A DNA stretch of 57,904 bases, taken from positions 13,068 through 70,971 of the forward strand of contig CAZOHS010000001.1 of the NCBI GenBank assembly GCA_964579285.1, given 5' to 3'. The stretch comes from an uncultured Rhodospirillaceae bacterium (GTDB lineage: Bacteria > Pseudomonadota > Alphaproteobacteria > MPNO01 > UBA830). The notes beneath the pieces were generated by a model, which was not told the origin of the DNA, did no database searches, and was given only the letters and a program-made list of their open reading frames with translations. Of this stretch, positions 9,930-19,725 are shown one piece after another; within the stretch, counting starts at the first letter, position 1, and each line of letters opens with the position of its first letter. The translations under genes and the position numbers were made by a program.

Positions 9930-11108
9930 TCAGATTATACCCTGCTCCCGAAGACCCGCGATCGCATCCGTATCGAACCCTAGTTCGGAAAGCACCTCTT
10001 CGGTGTGTTCGCTCAATTGAGGTGGAGGAATCATAGGTTGGTCATCGCGCGAGCCATCCACGTATACCGGACGACGCGCAAACGTCTGTTTGCCTTCATT
10101 GGGATGGGTGACGTTATAAAATGTATCTAGGTGTTTAACCTGCGGATCGTCGAATACCTCTGGCAAATTGAGAATAGGGGCATACGGAACATCATTTTCT
10201 TCAAGCCGCGGCATCCAGTAATGCCGTGGTTGAGTAGCGGCTGCCTTTTTGAATTCGGCCGTCATCGAAAAATAGTTCTCTATGCGCTCCATCCGGCCCG
10301 CATATTTTGGATCGTCTCGCATATGTTCTACTTGAAATGCCGCAGTAACCCCTTGCCAAAACTTTTCTGGTGAAGACAAATGCACAGCCAACAATTTACC
10401 ATCCGCGCATTTCATCGCGTGGGATTGAGACGCTTGCGCCCGCGACGTCGGGCCTGGTTCAATATTTTGTTGTGTTAAGTTTGCGTATGGGTCGGGAACA
10501 AATGCGATAGCACTTTCCAACATATTAACGCTCAGCGTCCGCGGAGGACCGCCTCGCTCGCGTTCAAATAGTGCGGAAAGGATCCCATAGCAAGCATTGT
10601 AGCCGGTCATGTTATCACCAATTGTAGGTCCGGTAACCTTTGGATTATCGGGATCCAAAAATAAACTCGCAATTCCGGACAGAGATTGCGCGACCGCATC
10701 ATAGGCCGGCCTTTTCTCATACGGGCCGTCCTCTCCAAAGCCCGTTATTGAGCAATAAATCAATTTCGGGTTCCTCTCCCGAAGGGTTTCCACAGAGAGG
10801 TTGAGGCGGTCCATCACACCAGGTCGAAAATTTTCGAGCAAAACGTCTCCCGTTTCCACTAGCTTCAAGAGGATTTCGCGCCCTTGTTCGGAACGCATGT
10901 CGAGTGTCACGGAACGCTTGTTCCGATTGTAAGCACCAAATTGGGCAGAATAGGTGCCCCCGCGCCACGACCGAAACATGTCGCCACCTTCTACTTTTTC
11001 CACCTTGATACAATCCGCGCCCATATCACCAAGCATCTGTCCGCACAGGGATCCCGTAATCATGGTGGTAAGTTCTATGACCCGAACGCCGTTCAGCGGT
11101 CCCGCCAT
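9930..11108 (-). CDS. Family III CoA-transferase (CaiB/BaiF)
   Basis: 392 aa. The N-terminus GVRVIELTTMITGSLCGQMLGDMGADCIKVE is the typical family-III signature. RBS is AGGAGA. Confidence 0.85.
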   Translation of the reverse strand: MAGPLNGVRVIELTTMITGSLCGQMLGDMGADCIKVEKVEGGDMFRSWRGGTYSAQFGAYNRNKRSVTLDMRSEQGREILLKLVETGDVLLENFRPGVMDRLNLSVETLRERNPKLIYCSITGFGEDGPYEKRPAYDAVAQSLSGIASLFLDPDNPKVTGPTIGDNMTGYNACYGILSALFERERGGPPRTLSVNMLESAIAFVPDPYANLTQQNIEPGPTSRAQASQSHAMKCADGKLLAVHLSSPEKFWQGVTAAFQVEHMRDDPKYAGRMERIENYFSMTAEFKKAAATQPRHYWMPRLEENDVPYAPILNLPEVFDDPQVKHLDTFYNVTHPNEGKQTFARRPVYVDGSRDDQPMIPPPQLSEHTEEVLSELGFDTDAIAGLREQGII

Positions 11109-11139
11109 TAAGTGTCTCCTATAGTTCTATAAATTGGTT

Positions 11140-12207
11140 TTAAAACGTTTTGTAACCTTGTGGAAGTTCCGCCTTTTCGGCGGCGATCATCTCATCAACC
11201 ATCCTCCTCACTTGAAGGTTTGGTGCGTCAGCATTTATGTCGACTTGAATGGCATCAGGCGTTTCCGACATTCGTCTTTGTTGTGCTTCCAGAACAACAC
11301 AATCCTCGTCAAACACCTGAGTGAACTGCGTGCGATAGATTTCATCCCACTCCGGTGAATCAACGTTGAAGTGACGGCAATGAGAATAAAAGTAATGTGT
11401 TGTCGTCTCTGTTTCGGGCGTCGGCAAGTTCATGATTTTCATTTCCACACCCCGGCCTTCTTCTACTCCGCCGGGTGTTATTCCCGTCCCAACTTCGACC
11501 GAACCCGCGTCCGAAGCCATATAATAGGGTAAGTCAGAGGTCGTCATTATCCACCTGTCCACGTTTCCCTGAAAATTTCCAGCTTTCTGATAAAACGGCG
11601 CCGCGGGTCGGTCATATATTACCCTGCTCATTTTGACCCTCTTTTGGTCCTCCCATCGTTCGGTCTTGGGAGGAAAATCAATGATTGAGTCTGCCCCAAT
11701 GGACGAAGAATGAACGTAGGTCAGATGAGAAATATCAAACAAATTGTCTGAAACTAATAGATAGTTGGCTTTAAGGTACATTGGTTTACCGCCTCGACCC
11801 TCTATCGTTTTCCAGTCAGGGCTCTCTAGCCACCACCAGTCGGGAAGGTTACCCGGATCCGCCTTGTGAGGATCACCCATCCAAACCCACACCCAGCCAT
11901 AACGAACACAGACTGGGTAAGCGAGCACGGACGCATTTGGTGGGATTGTAGACTGACCGGGGACTTTAATACATTCGCCCTCCCCGTTGAATTCCAGGCC
12001 GTGGTATGCGCACTGAACACCGCCCTCCACCAATTTTCCAATAGAAAGGGGCACAGACCGATGACAACAACGGTCCTCTAGAACCGCAACACCTCCCCTT
12101 ACCGGAAATATCACCAAAGGTTCATTTAGAATTGTTCGCGCTATTGGGGCATCACTAATTTCACTTTCCCACGCGACTACGTACCAAGCATTTTTGACAA
12201 AACTCAT
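11140..12207 (-). CDS. Rieske [2Fe-2S] non-haem iron oxygenase alpha subunit, VanA/phthalate-family type
   Basis: The Rieske motif is CCHRSVPLSIGKLVEGGVQCAYHG and the mononuclear Fe motif is DNLFDISHLTYVH. I chose the start at 12207 (MSFVKNAWY...) because AAGGAGG lies 7 nt upstream. The ORF track start is 12222. Confidence 0.85.
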   Translation of the reverse strand: MSFVKNAWYVVAWESEISDAPIARTILNEPLVIFPVRGGVAVLEDRCCHRSVPLSIGKLVEGGVQCAYHGLEFNGEGECIKVPGQSTIPPNASVLAYPVCVRYGWVWVWMGDPHKADPGNLPDWWWLESPDWKTIEGRGGKPMYLKANYLLVSDNLFDISHLTYVHSSSIGADSIIDFPPKTERWEDQKRVKMSRVIYDRPAAPFYQKAGNFQGNVDRWIMTTSDLPYYMASDAGSVEVGTGITPGGVEEGRGVEMKIMNLPTPETETTTHYFYSHCRHFNVDSPEWDEIYRTQFTQVFDEDCVVLEAQQRRMSETPDAIQVDINADAPNLQVRRMVDEMIAAEKAELPQGYKTF

Positions 12208-12300
12208 CTTTGCCTCCTTCACCCAATTTCAGCATAACCAGCGGGTTTTGCACAATCACCACAGCGAACTATCATTGGAGCACCAATCAGAGGAAAAAAA

Positions 12301-13308
12301 ATGTCTATTATTGACGCGTACAACCACGTGATCCCAGAAAGATATTTCGAAAAGCTGTCAGAAATAGCGCCAGATCCCCGAATAATAAAATTTTTCGGAT
12401 CACTTCCTGCTTTGCATAATACAGACGCGCACAAACGTCTCTTGGGTGAGTTTGACGACTACCAGCAAATCATCTCACTGGCCAACCCACCAATTGAGAT
12501 GCTGGGGAACCCTGAACAAACTCCTGCGCTGGCAAGACTTGCCAATGATGGACTTGCGGAGAGAGTTCGTTCAAGCACCGATCGGATTGTGGGGTTTATT
12601 GCGTCCTTACCGATGAATAATCCAGATGCCGCGGTGAAAGAAGCGAACCGGGCCGTCGAGGAGCTTGACGCCCGCGGCGTTCAGGTTTTTACGAACGTCC
12701 TCGGAAAGCCGTTATCAGAACCAGAGTTTTTTCCCATATTCGAAACGATGGTTAAACACGATCTTCCCGTGTGGATACACCCGATGCGGGGTCCAAATTT
12801 TCCTGACTATCAACACGAAAGCGCTTCAGAATATGAAATTTGGTTTACTTTTGGATGGCCATACGAAACAAGCGCGTGTATGACCCGCCTGATTTATTCC
12901 GGTATCTTCGACAAACTACCTAACGTGAAAATCATCACTCACCATTTTGGTGGAATGGTTCCGTTTTTCGCCGAAAAGATAGGTATAGGCTTCCAACAAA
13001 TATTTAATGGAAACTCCACGATGAACCCGCTAGCAGAGCAAGCAGGACTAAAAAAACAGCCAAAAGAATATTACAAAATGTTCTATGCTGATACAGCAAC
13101 AAACGGCTCGGCCGCGGCAGCAAAATGTGGCCTGGAATTTTTTGGTCCGGATCACAGTTTATTCGCTACGGACACACCGTTTGATCCAGAAGGCGGTTCA
13201 ATGCTGATCCGCGAGACGATTAACGCGATCAAATATCTCGACATCGAACCCGAAACTAAAGAAAAAATTTGTCATCAAAATTTAAAGCAATTGATCCGAC
13301 TTTCCTGA
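12301..13308 (+). CDS. Amidohydrolase-2 family protein (ACMSD-like hydrolase/decarboxylase)
   Basis: 335 aa beginning MSIIDAYNHVIPERYF, with ...ITHHFGGMVPFF... and ...LFATDTPFD.... RBS is GAGGAAA. It is divergent from the Rieske gene. Confidence 0.75.
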   Translation: MSIIDAYNHVIPERYFEKLSEIAPDPRIIKFFGSLPALHNTDAHKRLLGEFDDYQQIISLANPPIEMLGNPEQTPALARLANDGLAERVRSSTDRIVGFIASLPMNNPDAAVKEANRAVEELDARGVQVFTNVLGKPLSEPEFFPIFETMVKHDLPVWIHPMRGPNFPDYQHESASEYEIWFTFGWPYETSACMTRLIYSGIFDKLPNVKIITHHFGGMVPFFAEKIGIGFQQIFNGNSTMNPLAEQAGLKKQPKEYYKMFYADTATNGSAAAAKCGLEFFGPDHSLFATDTPFDPEGGSMLIRETINAIKYLDIEPETKEKICHQNLKQLIRLS

Positions 13309-13315
13309 GTTAAAA

Positions 13316-14887
13316 ATGGGCCCTTTACCAAACCCTAAAACACTAGAAATACCTTTTCGAACACTAGGCGAAGCTTTTAGTGATTATGTCGCTCGGCATC
13401 CCACCAAAGAAGCAATCCATTCCATCGATCAAAATATCTCCTTGGATTTTCGGCAACTCAATACTTTCGTTGAGCGAACGGCTACCGCCATGGTTCGAAA
13501 TGGCGTTCGTAAGGGTGATCGAGTAGCCATACTCTCCGGTGAATGTGTTGAGAAATTAATTTTAATGTTTGCCGCGTGGCGCTGCGGCGCATCCGCGTGT
13601 CCTTTCCATGCCGAAATCACGGCGGAACACCTCAAAACCATTCTCATAACGATTGAACCCACACTGTTAATTTGGCGCGCGGACGACGTAGACGGGGAAG
13701 CAATACAGGAAGCTCTATCTTGCCCTTCATTCTCTTTCACTGCCCTCTCAGAAAAGCACGGTTTCTTCGCGAACCTGCCACAAAAGTGTGGCGACTTATT
13801 ACCTCCAGGCAGTGAGTACGGACCCGACGACGAGGGTTGTATATTTGCAACTTCTGGTACCACTGACATGCCGAAATGTGTCGTTTGGGACCAGATGGGC
13901 CTTTGGCTTTGCGGCCTGTCGACCATTGATTTTACGGGCATGACCGCAAAAGACCGTTTGTTAGAATACAGGACCTTTAGTTGGCTCTCACCGCAAATAG
14001 TTACGTTTATGCCCTTTGTAGCATTAGGTCTTACGATTGTTATCGCGAACGGGTTTTCCCGGAGAAACTTCATCGGTTGGGTCCGCTCACATCGAATTAC
14101 TCTGGCAGCCGGCGTCCCGACAGTAATCAACATGTTGTTAGACGAACCCGTTGACTTCAAATCAGATGATGTAAAAACGCTTAGATTAATGACGGCAAGT
14201 TCCGCACCGTTAGCGCCAGAGCGGTGGCGGCAATTCGAAGCACATTATGGCATACAACTATTACAATTTTACGGCGCGTCGGAAGGTGGCTGGCTTTGCG
14301 GAAATCGGCATGACAAATTCAAGGTTGGAACCGCGGGTCCCCCCGCAAAACACATAGATCTTGCAATACTAGATCCTGACGGAAACATTTGCGCGAATGG
14401 TACTGAGGGGGAAATTAGTATACGTGGCGCACAAACCGCTACGGCTAGTATTACGGCAGGAGGAGATTGGGAAGATCGCAGAGCGTTCCGTTTGCTTGAA
14501 AGAACCCGGGTAGGCGACCTTGGGATCATGGATGACGAAGGGTTTGTCACCGTAACCGGGCGCGTAAAAGATGTAATTCTCCGGGGTGGTGTTTCAATCG
14601 CGCCACTCGAAATAGACGCCGCATTAATGACTAACCCCGACGTTCGCGAGGCCGCCGTCATTGGTATTCCAGATAAAATTTGGGGTGAAGAAGTTGCCTG
14701 CTACGTCGTACCCACAGAAGACGTAAACCCCTCGCCCGAAAGCATACTGATTCATCTCGGCAAGCGTCTTCCCGAATTCAAATTACCAAAGTTTATCAAG
14801 TTCATTGATGTATTGCCGAAGAACGACCGCGGCAAAGTAAAACGGGAACAACTTAAGGATTGGTGGTTAAAAGAGAGACCACAGTAG
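13316..14887 (+). CDS. AMP-dependent synthetase/ligase (acyl- or aryl-CoA ligase)
   Basis: 523 aa. The AMP-binding motif is ATSGTTDMPK, with GDLGIMDDEGFVTVTGRVKD and a C-terminal LPKNDRGKVKR. Confidence 0.85.
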   Translation: MGPLPNPKTLEIPFRTLGEAFSDYVARHPTKEAIHSIDQNISLDFRQLNTFVERTATAMVRNGVRKGDRVAILSGECVEKLILMFAAWRCGASACPFHAEITAEHLKTILITIEPTLLIWRADDVDGEAIQEALSCPSFSFTALSEKHGFFANLPQKCGDLLPPGSEYGPDDEGCIFATSGTTDMPKCVVWDQMGLWLCGLSTIDFTGMTAKDRLLEYRTFSWLSPQIVTFMPFVALGLTIVIANGFSRRNFIGWVRSHRITLAAGVPTVINMLLDEPVDFKSDDVKTLRLMTASSAPLAPERWRQFEAHYGIQLLQFYGASEGGWLCGNRHDKFKVGTAGPPAKHIDLAILDPDGNICANGTEGEISIRGAQTATASITAGGDWEDRRAFRLLERTRVGDLGIMDDEGFVTVTGRVKDVILRGGVSIAPLEIDAALMTNPDVREAAVIGIPDKIWGEEVACYVVPTEDVNPSPESILIHLGKRLPEFKLPKFIKFIDVLPKNDRGKVKREQLKDWWLKERPQ

Positions 14888-14890
14888 CTT

Positions 14891-15793
14891 TTATAAAGCG
14901 TCTACCTTATCTCGGGCGTCTGGTAATGAGACCAACACCATGCCTCCTAATATCAAAACTACCCCAATGAGAAGGTCGGTAGTCAATTTTTCATCAAGAA
15001 AAATAACACTCAAAAGAAGAGCACAAACCGGTGCCCCTAGAAGGCCAACCGTAGATATCGTAGTTGGCAAATAACGCATACACGTCGTCACTGATATCAT
15101 TGCGAGAGCGGTTCCGAACGTCGCCCCATAGCCAAACAGAAGAAACTCCTCATTCGTCCAAGCCCAATGCATTGGCGGGTCAAATAATAATGCCAGTACA
15201 AGCATAAAGGTCGCGGCAATTGTAAGTTGGAACGGAGCTAGTTGCAGAGGTGTCAAGGTAGGGTTACATGCCCGAATATGAATGATTGAAATCGACCACA
15301 AGACCGCGCAAAAAAGCAACAAAGCGTTACCCAGAACGACGTCCGTGTTCGACCAATCAAACGCTGTAGGATTGAAAAGGACCACCAAACCCACCATCGC
15401 AATAAAAATCCCCGCCACTTTGCGTCTCGTGGGGATTTGGCCAAACAACAAATACGCTGCTGGCAAAACCCACAAAGGGGTCGTATACCCAAGTAGGGCA
15501 GCCCTGCCAGCTGCCACATATTCTAGAGCGACGTGCATTAACGCTGTGTACAGAGCCATCATCAGAAAACCGATTGATATTATAAGACGCACATCACGGC
15601 GGGAAGGCATCCGGAGACGACCTGTAAAATAAAGCACACCAACTAAGATAATAATTCCGACCCACATACGGAGAGACGCAAACCAAAACGGCGGGAATAC
15701 CTCTATTGCCCGGCCTGTGACAGGCCACAGTCCACCATAACCAACTACCGCACCAATAAGGGCAACATAGCCAACCGTTCTAGATGCTAACAC
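14891..15793 (-). CDS. DMT superfamily (EamA-like) transporter
   Basis: 300 aa with about 10 TM segments and the internal duplication typical of EamA. GTG start. Confidence 0.8.
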   Translation of the reverse strand: MLASRTVGYVALIGAVVGYGGLWPVTGRAIEVFPPFWFASLRMWVGIIILVGVLYFTGRLRMPSRRDVRLIISIGFLMMALYTALMHVALEYVAAGRAALLGYTTPLWVLPAAYLLFGQIPTRRKVAGIFIAMVGLVVLFNPTAFDWSNTDVVLGNALLLFCAVLWSISIIHIRACNPTLTPLQLAPFQLTIAATFMLVLALLFDPPMHWAWTNEEFLLFGYGATFGTALAMISVTTCMRYLPTTISTVGLLGAPVCALLLSVIFLDEKLTTDLLIGVVLILGGMVLVSLPDARDKVDAL

Positions 15794-15800
15794 CGATCAT

Positions 15801-16556
15801 TCAACCGAATGCCGCGCCACCGTTCACGTTGGTATTTTCGCCTGTTACGAATGCCGCTTCATCAGACAACAACCAGAGCGCCGCCGCGACCTGTTCGTCC
15901 GGTTGGGAGATACGCCCCAGCGCGGTACGACTAGCCGCACCTGATTTTGCTTCCGCGCTGTATTCCGATGTCATGGCAGTCTCCACGACGCCAGGACTTA
16001 TAGCATTGACCCGAATACCAAACTGACCCCATGACTTAGCAAGAGTGCGAACCAACACTAACACGCCACCCTTCGAGGTCGTATAAGCTGGGCCACCTCG
16101 GCCATTTTCACCCGTGCCCCCCATCAACACACCCCCGGAGGCCGTAAGCACTATCGAACCCTTTATTCCGTGGTTTATCATCACTTTTGCGGCCGCTTTC
16201 GCCATTAAAAATGATCCCGTCACATTAATTGATAATATCCGATTAAACTCATCGGCGTCCGCTCCTTCCCAGTTGAGCTTAGAATGGGCAGCCGCAAAGT
16301 GAGCAAGGCAATCCACCCCGCCAAAGGCATTCTCCGCACTTTCTGCTGCCGCTTCAGCGGTAGACGTTAACGCGACATCCCCTGCTGCGAAAATGAGATT
16401 AGCGTTTTCATCTCCCAGTTCGGCTCCCATTTGGTCGCGGTTGACATCTACGGCGACGACACTGTTCCCCTGTGATAGCAGTCGTTTTGCGCACGCTCGT
16501 CCGATACCACTTGCTGCCCCGGTCACAATCACTCTTTTATTGTGTAACATTAACAT
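15801..16556 (-). CDS. Short-chain dehydrogenase/reductase (SDR)
   Basis: It has VIVTGAASGIGRA (TGxxxGxG) and the catalytic YTTSK. It is a paralog of 19726..20460. Confidence 0.9.
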   Translation of the reverse strand: MLMLHNKRVIVTGAASGIGRACAKRLLSQGNSVVAVDVNRDQMGAELGDENANLIFAAGDVALTSTAEAAAESAENAFGGVDCLAHFAAAHSKLNWEGADADEFNRILSINVTGSFLMAKAAAKVMINHGIKGSIVLTASGGVLMGGTGENGRGGPAYTTSKGGVLVLVRTLAKSWGQFGIRVNAISPGVVETAMTSEYSAEAKSGAASRTALGRISQPDEQVAAALWLLSDEAAFVTGENTNVNGGAAFG

Positions 16557-16657
16557 TCTTCCAATAAGTCGTTGGCTTAAATTAAAGCATTATACTCCTG
16601 CAAAGCATGGCGCAGTTTGCACGACACTACGCGAACCCCGCCCCTTTATCACCTAAA

Positions 16658-17542
16658 CTAGCCATCCCTGGCAATTGTCACCGCGGCAATGCCACCCACA
16701 ATAAGGATCAAGCCAGCACCGAGCGGCAAGGTTAGAGCCTCACCTAAAAACAATACGCTTAACACTGTCGCAAACACCGGGACCCCAAGGAGTCCAACGG
16801 TAGACGTTGTAGCAGGCAAATTAAGGATAGCGGTGGTAACACCCCAATTCCCAATGCCACTGCCCACAACGCCCGCATACAGAAACAGGATCCATCCCGT
16901 GTTCGACACTTCAAAAACCGGCGGACCCTCGAAAATAAAACCGGATATGGCAGCCACAAGAAATGACACGAGCAGGTACCAGGGAACAAGCGATAAGGTA
17001 TCCGAGACCGGGCGATGAACTCTTAACTGAATAATCACAGCGGACCAAAGAACAACACACAAGACCAACAAACCATTTCCGATAAGCAGTTTGCGGTCTG
17101 ACCAGTCAAGCTCCGCAGGGCTGAATAGTAGCAAAAACCCAGCTATTGCGGCGCCCAAACCACACGCCTTAAGAACTGTAAACCTCTCACCGAGAAATAA
17201 AACAGCGACGGGCGTCACGAAGATTGCCGTCGTGTAACCTAGGATTGTTGCGCGGCCGGCGTGCACATACTCCAGCGCATTTTGAAAAATGGTTGAGTAA
17301 AGCCCGAGCATAATTCCGCCAACCGTAAGTATGATTGGTACATCGGCCCGGTCGGGAAGGCGAAGGCGCCCCTGAACTTTGAGGACAATTGCTATAAAAA
17401 CACCGCCAACAGCGAACCGCCCGGCGGTGAACCAAAGCGGTGGCAGATGATCTACAGATATTTTGGCTACTGTCCAAAGAGTTCCGAAGCAAAAGATTGT
17501 CGTAAAAAGAGCTATTAAACCCGTTCTACGGTTAGAACCCAT
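16658..17542 (-). CDS. DMT superfamily (EamA-like) transporter
   Basis: 294 aa with 10 predicted TM segments. It is a paralog of 14891..15793. Confidence 0.8.
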   Translation of the reverse strand: MGSNRRTGLIALFTTIFCFGTLWTVAKISVDHLPPLWFTAGRFAVGGVFIAIVLKVQGRLRLPDRADVPIILTVGGIMLGLYSTIFQNALEYVHAGRATILGYTTAIFVTPVAVLFLGERFTVLKACGLGAAIAGFLLLFSPAELDWSDRKLLIGNGLLVLCVVLWSAVIIQLRVHRPVSDTLSLVPWYLLVSFLVAAISGFIFEGPPVFEVSNTGWILFLYAGVVGSGIGNWGVTTAILNLPATTSTVGLLGVPVFATVLSVLFLGEALTLPLGAGLILIVGGIAAVTIARDG

Positions 17543-17550
17543 TTGGAGTT

Positions 17551-17588
17551 AAGAAAGTGTGGCGGCGCCTGAGAGGCAACCGCCACAC
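17551..17588 (-). terminator. Rho-independent terminator candidate downstream of the second dctM
   Basis: A perfect 9-bp GC-rich stem, GTGTGGCGG (17557-17565) pairing with CCGCCACAC (17580-17588), with extra GCCT/AGGC pairing in the loop. On the minus strand it is followed by TTTCTT (17556-17551). Confidence 0.6.
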
Positions 17589-17594
17589 GGTATC

Positions 17595-18869
17595 CTAGCC
17601 GATATAACGTGTCAGGAACATTGAGAGTTCCGGTATGTACGTAATGAGCATCAACGCGAGCAGATTGACGATAATAAAGGGAATCAGCCCCGGATATATG
17701 CTGGTAAGGGGTGCTTTGAACAGTGCCTGTGTTACGAAGATGTTTAGCCCAAATGGGGGCGTAAACATACCGATGGCGAGGTTCACTGTCATAATAATAC
17801 CGAAATGGATGAGATCGACACCAATTGCCATCGCAATAGGCGCCAACAGCGGCGTCAGCACCAAAATAGCAGAGCCTGGATCAAGTAAACAACCAACAAA
17901 CAATAGGAAGACGTTGATGACCATCAAGACCATCCACGGTTCCAAGTTCATTTCTTGAATGGACGCGACGGCATCTTGTGGGATGCCGGAGATCGTTAAT
18001 AACTGAGAAAAGACACCCGCGGCCGCCACAATTATCAGGACTTGCGCGGTCAAATACATAGAGTCGACTGAGACTTCCCAGATACCTTTCCACGTTATGT
18101 CGCCGTATATGAACCGCGTGACGATGATCGCATAAACACACGCAATGCCAGCTGATTCAGTGGGCGAGAAAATACCCGCATAAATACCACCAAGAATAAT
18201 AAACGGTGTGCCGAGTGCCCAAACACCCTCCTTGCTGGCCTTAAAGAATTGCGCGAGCGAAAAGCCTGCCGCCTCGCGTATGCCGGTCCTCAATGCATAG
18301 GCATAGATATACAAAGCCATCAATGCCGCCATCACGATACCCGGAATAACGCCGGCCACGAAAAGCAATGCAACAGACTGTTCAGCAGACGCACCATACA
18401 AGATCATGCTGATCGAGGGCGGTATAACAATCGCAATCGCTCCGGAAGACGCGAGAAGACCGGAAGAGAATTTCTCGTTGTAGCCCGCGTTGCGCAACGG
18501 TCCATATAAAAGACGACCAACTGCCGCCACCGTTGCCGGGCTCGAACCAGATATGGCGCCAAAAACAGTACACGTTCCCACAGTCGTTAAAGCTAAGGAA
18601 CCACGTACACCCCCAATAATTGAAAGGACCCACGCGACGATGCGTTTTGAGATGCCACCATGACCCATAATCTCACCCGCAAAGATGAAAAATGGCACCG
18701 CCATTAGTGCAAACTTGTCCACGCTACCAAACATGTTGATGTGAACTGCCATCGGCGGCACGGGCGCAAAAATAAGCAAGACAATTGCAGCCGTCGCTAA
18801 CAAGATGACGAAGATCGGAAAGCCGAGTAGAAGCAATATGACCGGCACAATCCCCATAACCCATTCCAT
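17595..18869 (-). CDS. dctM: TRAP transporter large permease subunit (DctM family)
   Basis: 424-aa polytopic membrane protein with an AAGGAG RBS. It is a paralog of 3575..4885. Confidence 0.9.
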   Translation of the reverse strand: MEWVMGIVPVILLLLGFPIFVILLATAAIVLLIFAPVPPMAVHINMFGSVDKFALMAVPFFIFAGEIMGHGGISKRIVAWVLSIIGGVRGSLALTTVGTCTVFGAISGSSPATVAAVGRLLYGPLRNAGYNEKFSSGLLASSGAIAIVIPPSISMILYGASAEQSVALLFVAGVIPGIVMAALMALYIYAYALRTGIREAAGFSLAQFFKASKEGVWALGTPFIILGGIYAGIFSPTESAGIACVYAIIVTRFIYGDITWKGIWEVSVDSMYLTAQVLIIVAAAGVFSQLLTISGIPQDAVASIQEMNLEPWMVLMVINVFLLFVGCLLDPGSAILVLTPLLAPIAMAIGVDLIHFGIIMTVNLAIGMFTPPFGLNIFVTQALFKAPLTSIYPGLIPFIIVNLLALMLITYIPELSMFLTRYIG

Positions 18870-18910
18870 GGATACGCTCCTTTTTCTCTATTCTTATATT
18901 ACTACAGGGA

Positions 18911-19549
18911 TCAGTCTTTACCGGCTGTTGTCACGGCCGCGTCGTCTTCACCAGCACTGTCATCCATCCCACTCACGAGGCTATCCACCTCGCTCTCAAG
19001 GTTAGCAGTAACATGTAATTTAAATCGGACAGCGATTGCTAAAAAGATTAATACGAAACCGAACAACAACGCGAAATGAGGTATCACCATAGGTGCCTCC
19101 GCCACAACACTGCGCTGATCATTATTCCACATCATCTCGACGACGACCCAGTTCTGCGGGATCACAAACAGACAAACCACCAAAATCGATGTAGCGGCAA
19201 TGAAATTGATTATCTCTTTGTAGGGCGAAGGGAGCATAATGGAAAAGAAATCCATCTTGAGGTGCTGCCCTCGGTAGGACACAAGGATAGAACCAATAAA
19301 GACAGTCCAGACCATAATATAAATCATTATTTCTTCCGCCCAAATGATAGGCTCTAAGAAGAGATAGCGGCCTATCACATTACCGAAGTTAATAGCGATC
19401 CCAAGCATGACAGCAATTCCAATTATGAGTCTTGGAGTTGTGACTATTAACCACTTAAGATTTTTATCGATAACGTTGTTAGGCGTGAGTGAAATTACCG
19501 CCAACGCTACGCCCAGAAAAATACCGAGCAACCAATATAACCATTCCAT
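18911..19549 (-). CDS. dctQ: TRAP transporter small permease subunit (DctQ family) with an acidic C-terminal tail
   Basis: I prefer the start at the internal ATG 19549 (MEWLYWLLGIFLG...). It has 4 TM segments followed by a tail LESEVDSLVSGMDDSAGEDDAAVTTAGKD. It lies immediately upstream of dctM. Confidence 0.7.
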   Translation of the reverse strand: MEWLYWLLGIFLGVALAVISLTPNNVIDKNLKWLIVTTPRLIIGIAVMLGIAINFGNVIGRYLFLEPIIWAEEIMIYIMVWTVFIGSILVSYRGQHLKMDFFSIMLPSPYKEIINFIAATSILVVCLFVIPQNWVVVEMMWNNDQRSVVAEAPMVIPHFALLFGFVLIFLAIAVRFKLHVTANLESEVDSLVSGMDDSAGEDDAAVTTAGKD

Positions 19550-19677
19550 TATTTGACTTCCGCGATCGAACTCGTTTTTGTTTATGTGAACTGAGACCCC
19601 AGATGCCAAGCCCTACCCGGGCAAATCAACCGAAATTCTCATATCGACAATAGCAACGTTTCTTCCCTTAAAAAGCA

Positions 19678-19692
19678 TGTTTAAATTAAACA
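19678..19692. promoter_or_regulatory. Perfect 7-1-7 inverted repeat TGTTTAA-A-TTAAACA, a candidate operator in the divergent dctQ/SDR promoter region
   Basis: Read directly from the sequence. It lies 34-48 bp upstream of the SDR ATG at 19726. Confidence 0.25.
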
Positions 19693-19725
19693 CAATAGGA
19701 AGTCTAATCAATCGAGAGATTTTTA

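Noticed and set aside
13429-14160. 243-aa minus-strand ORF
   Set aside because: It is entirely antisense to the well-supported AMP-ligase gene (13316-14887). It has no RBS or family motifs and is a shadow ORF.
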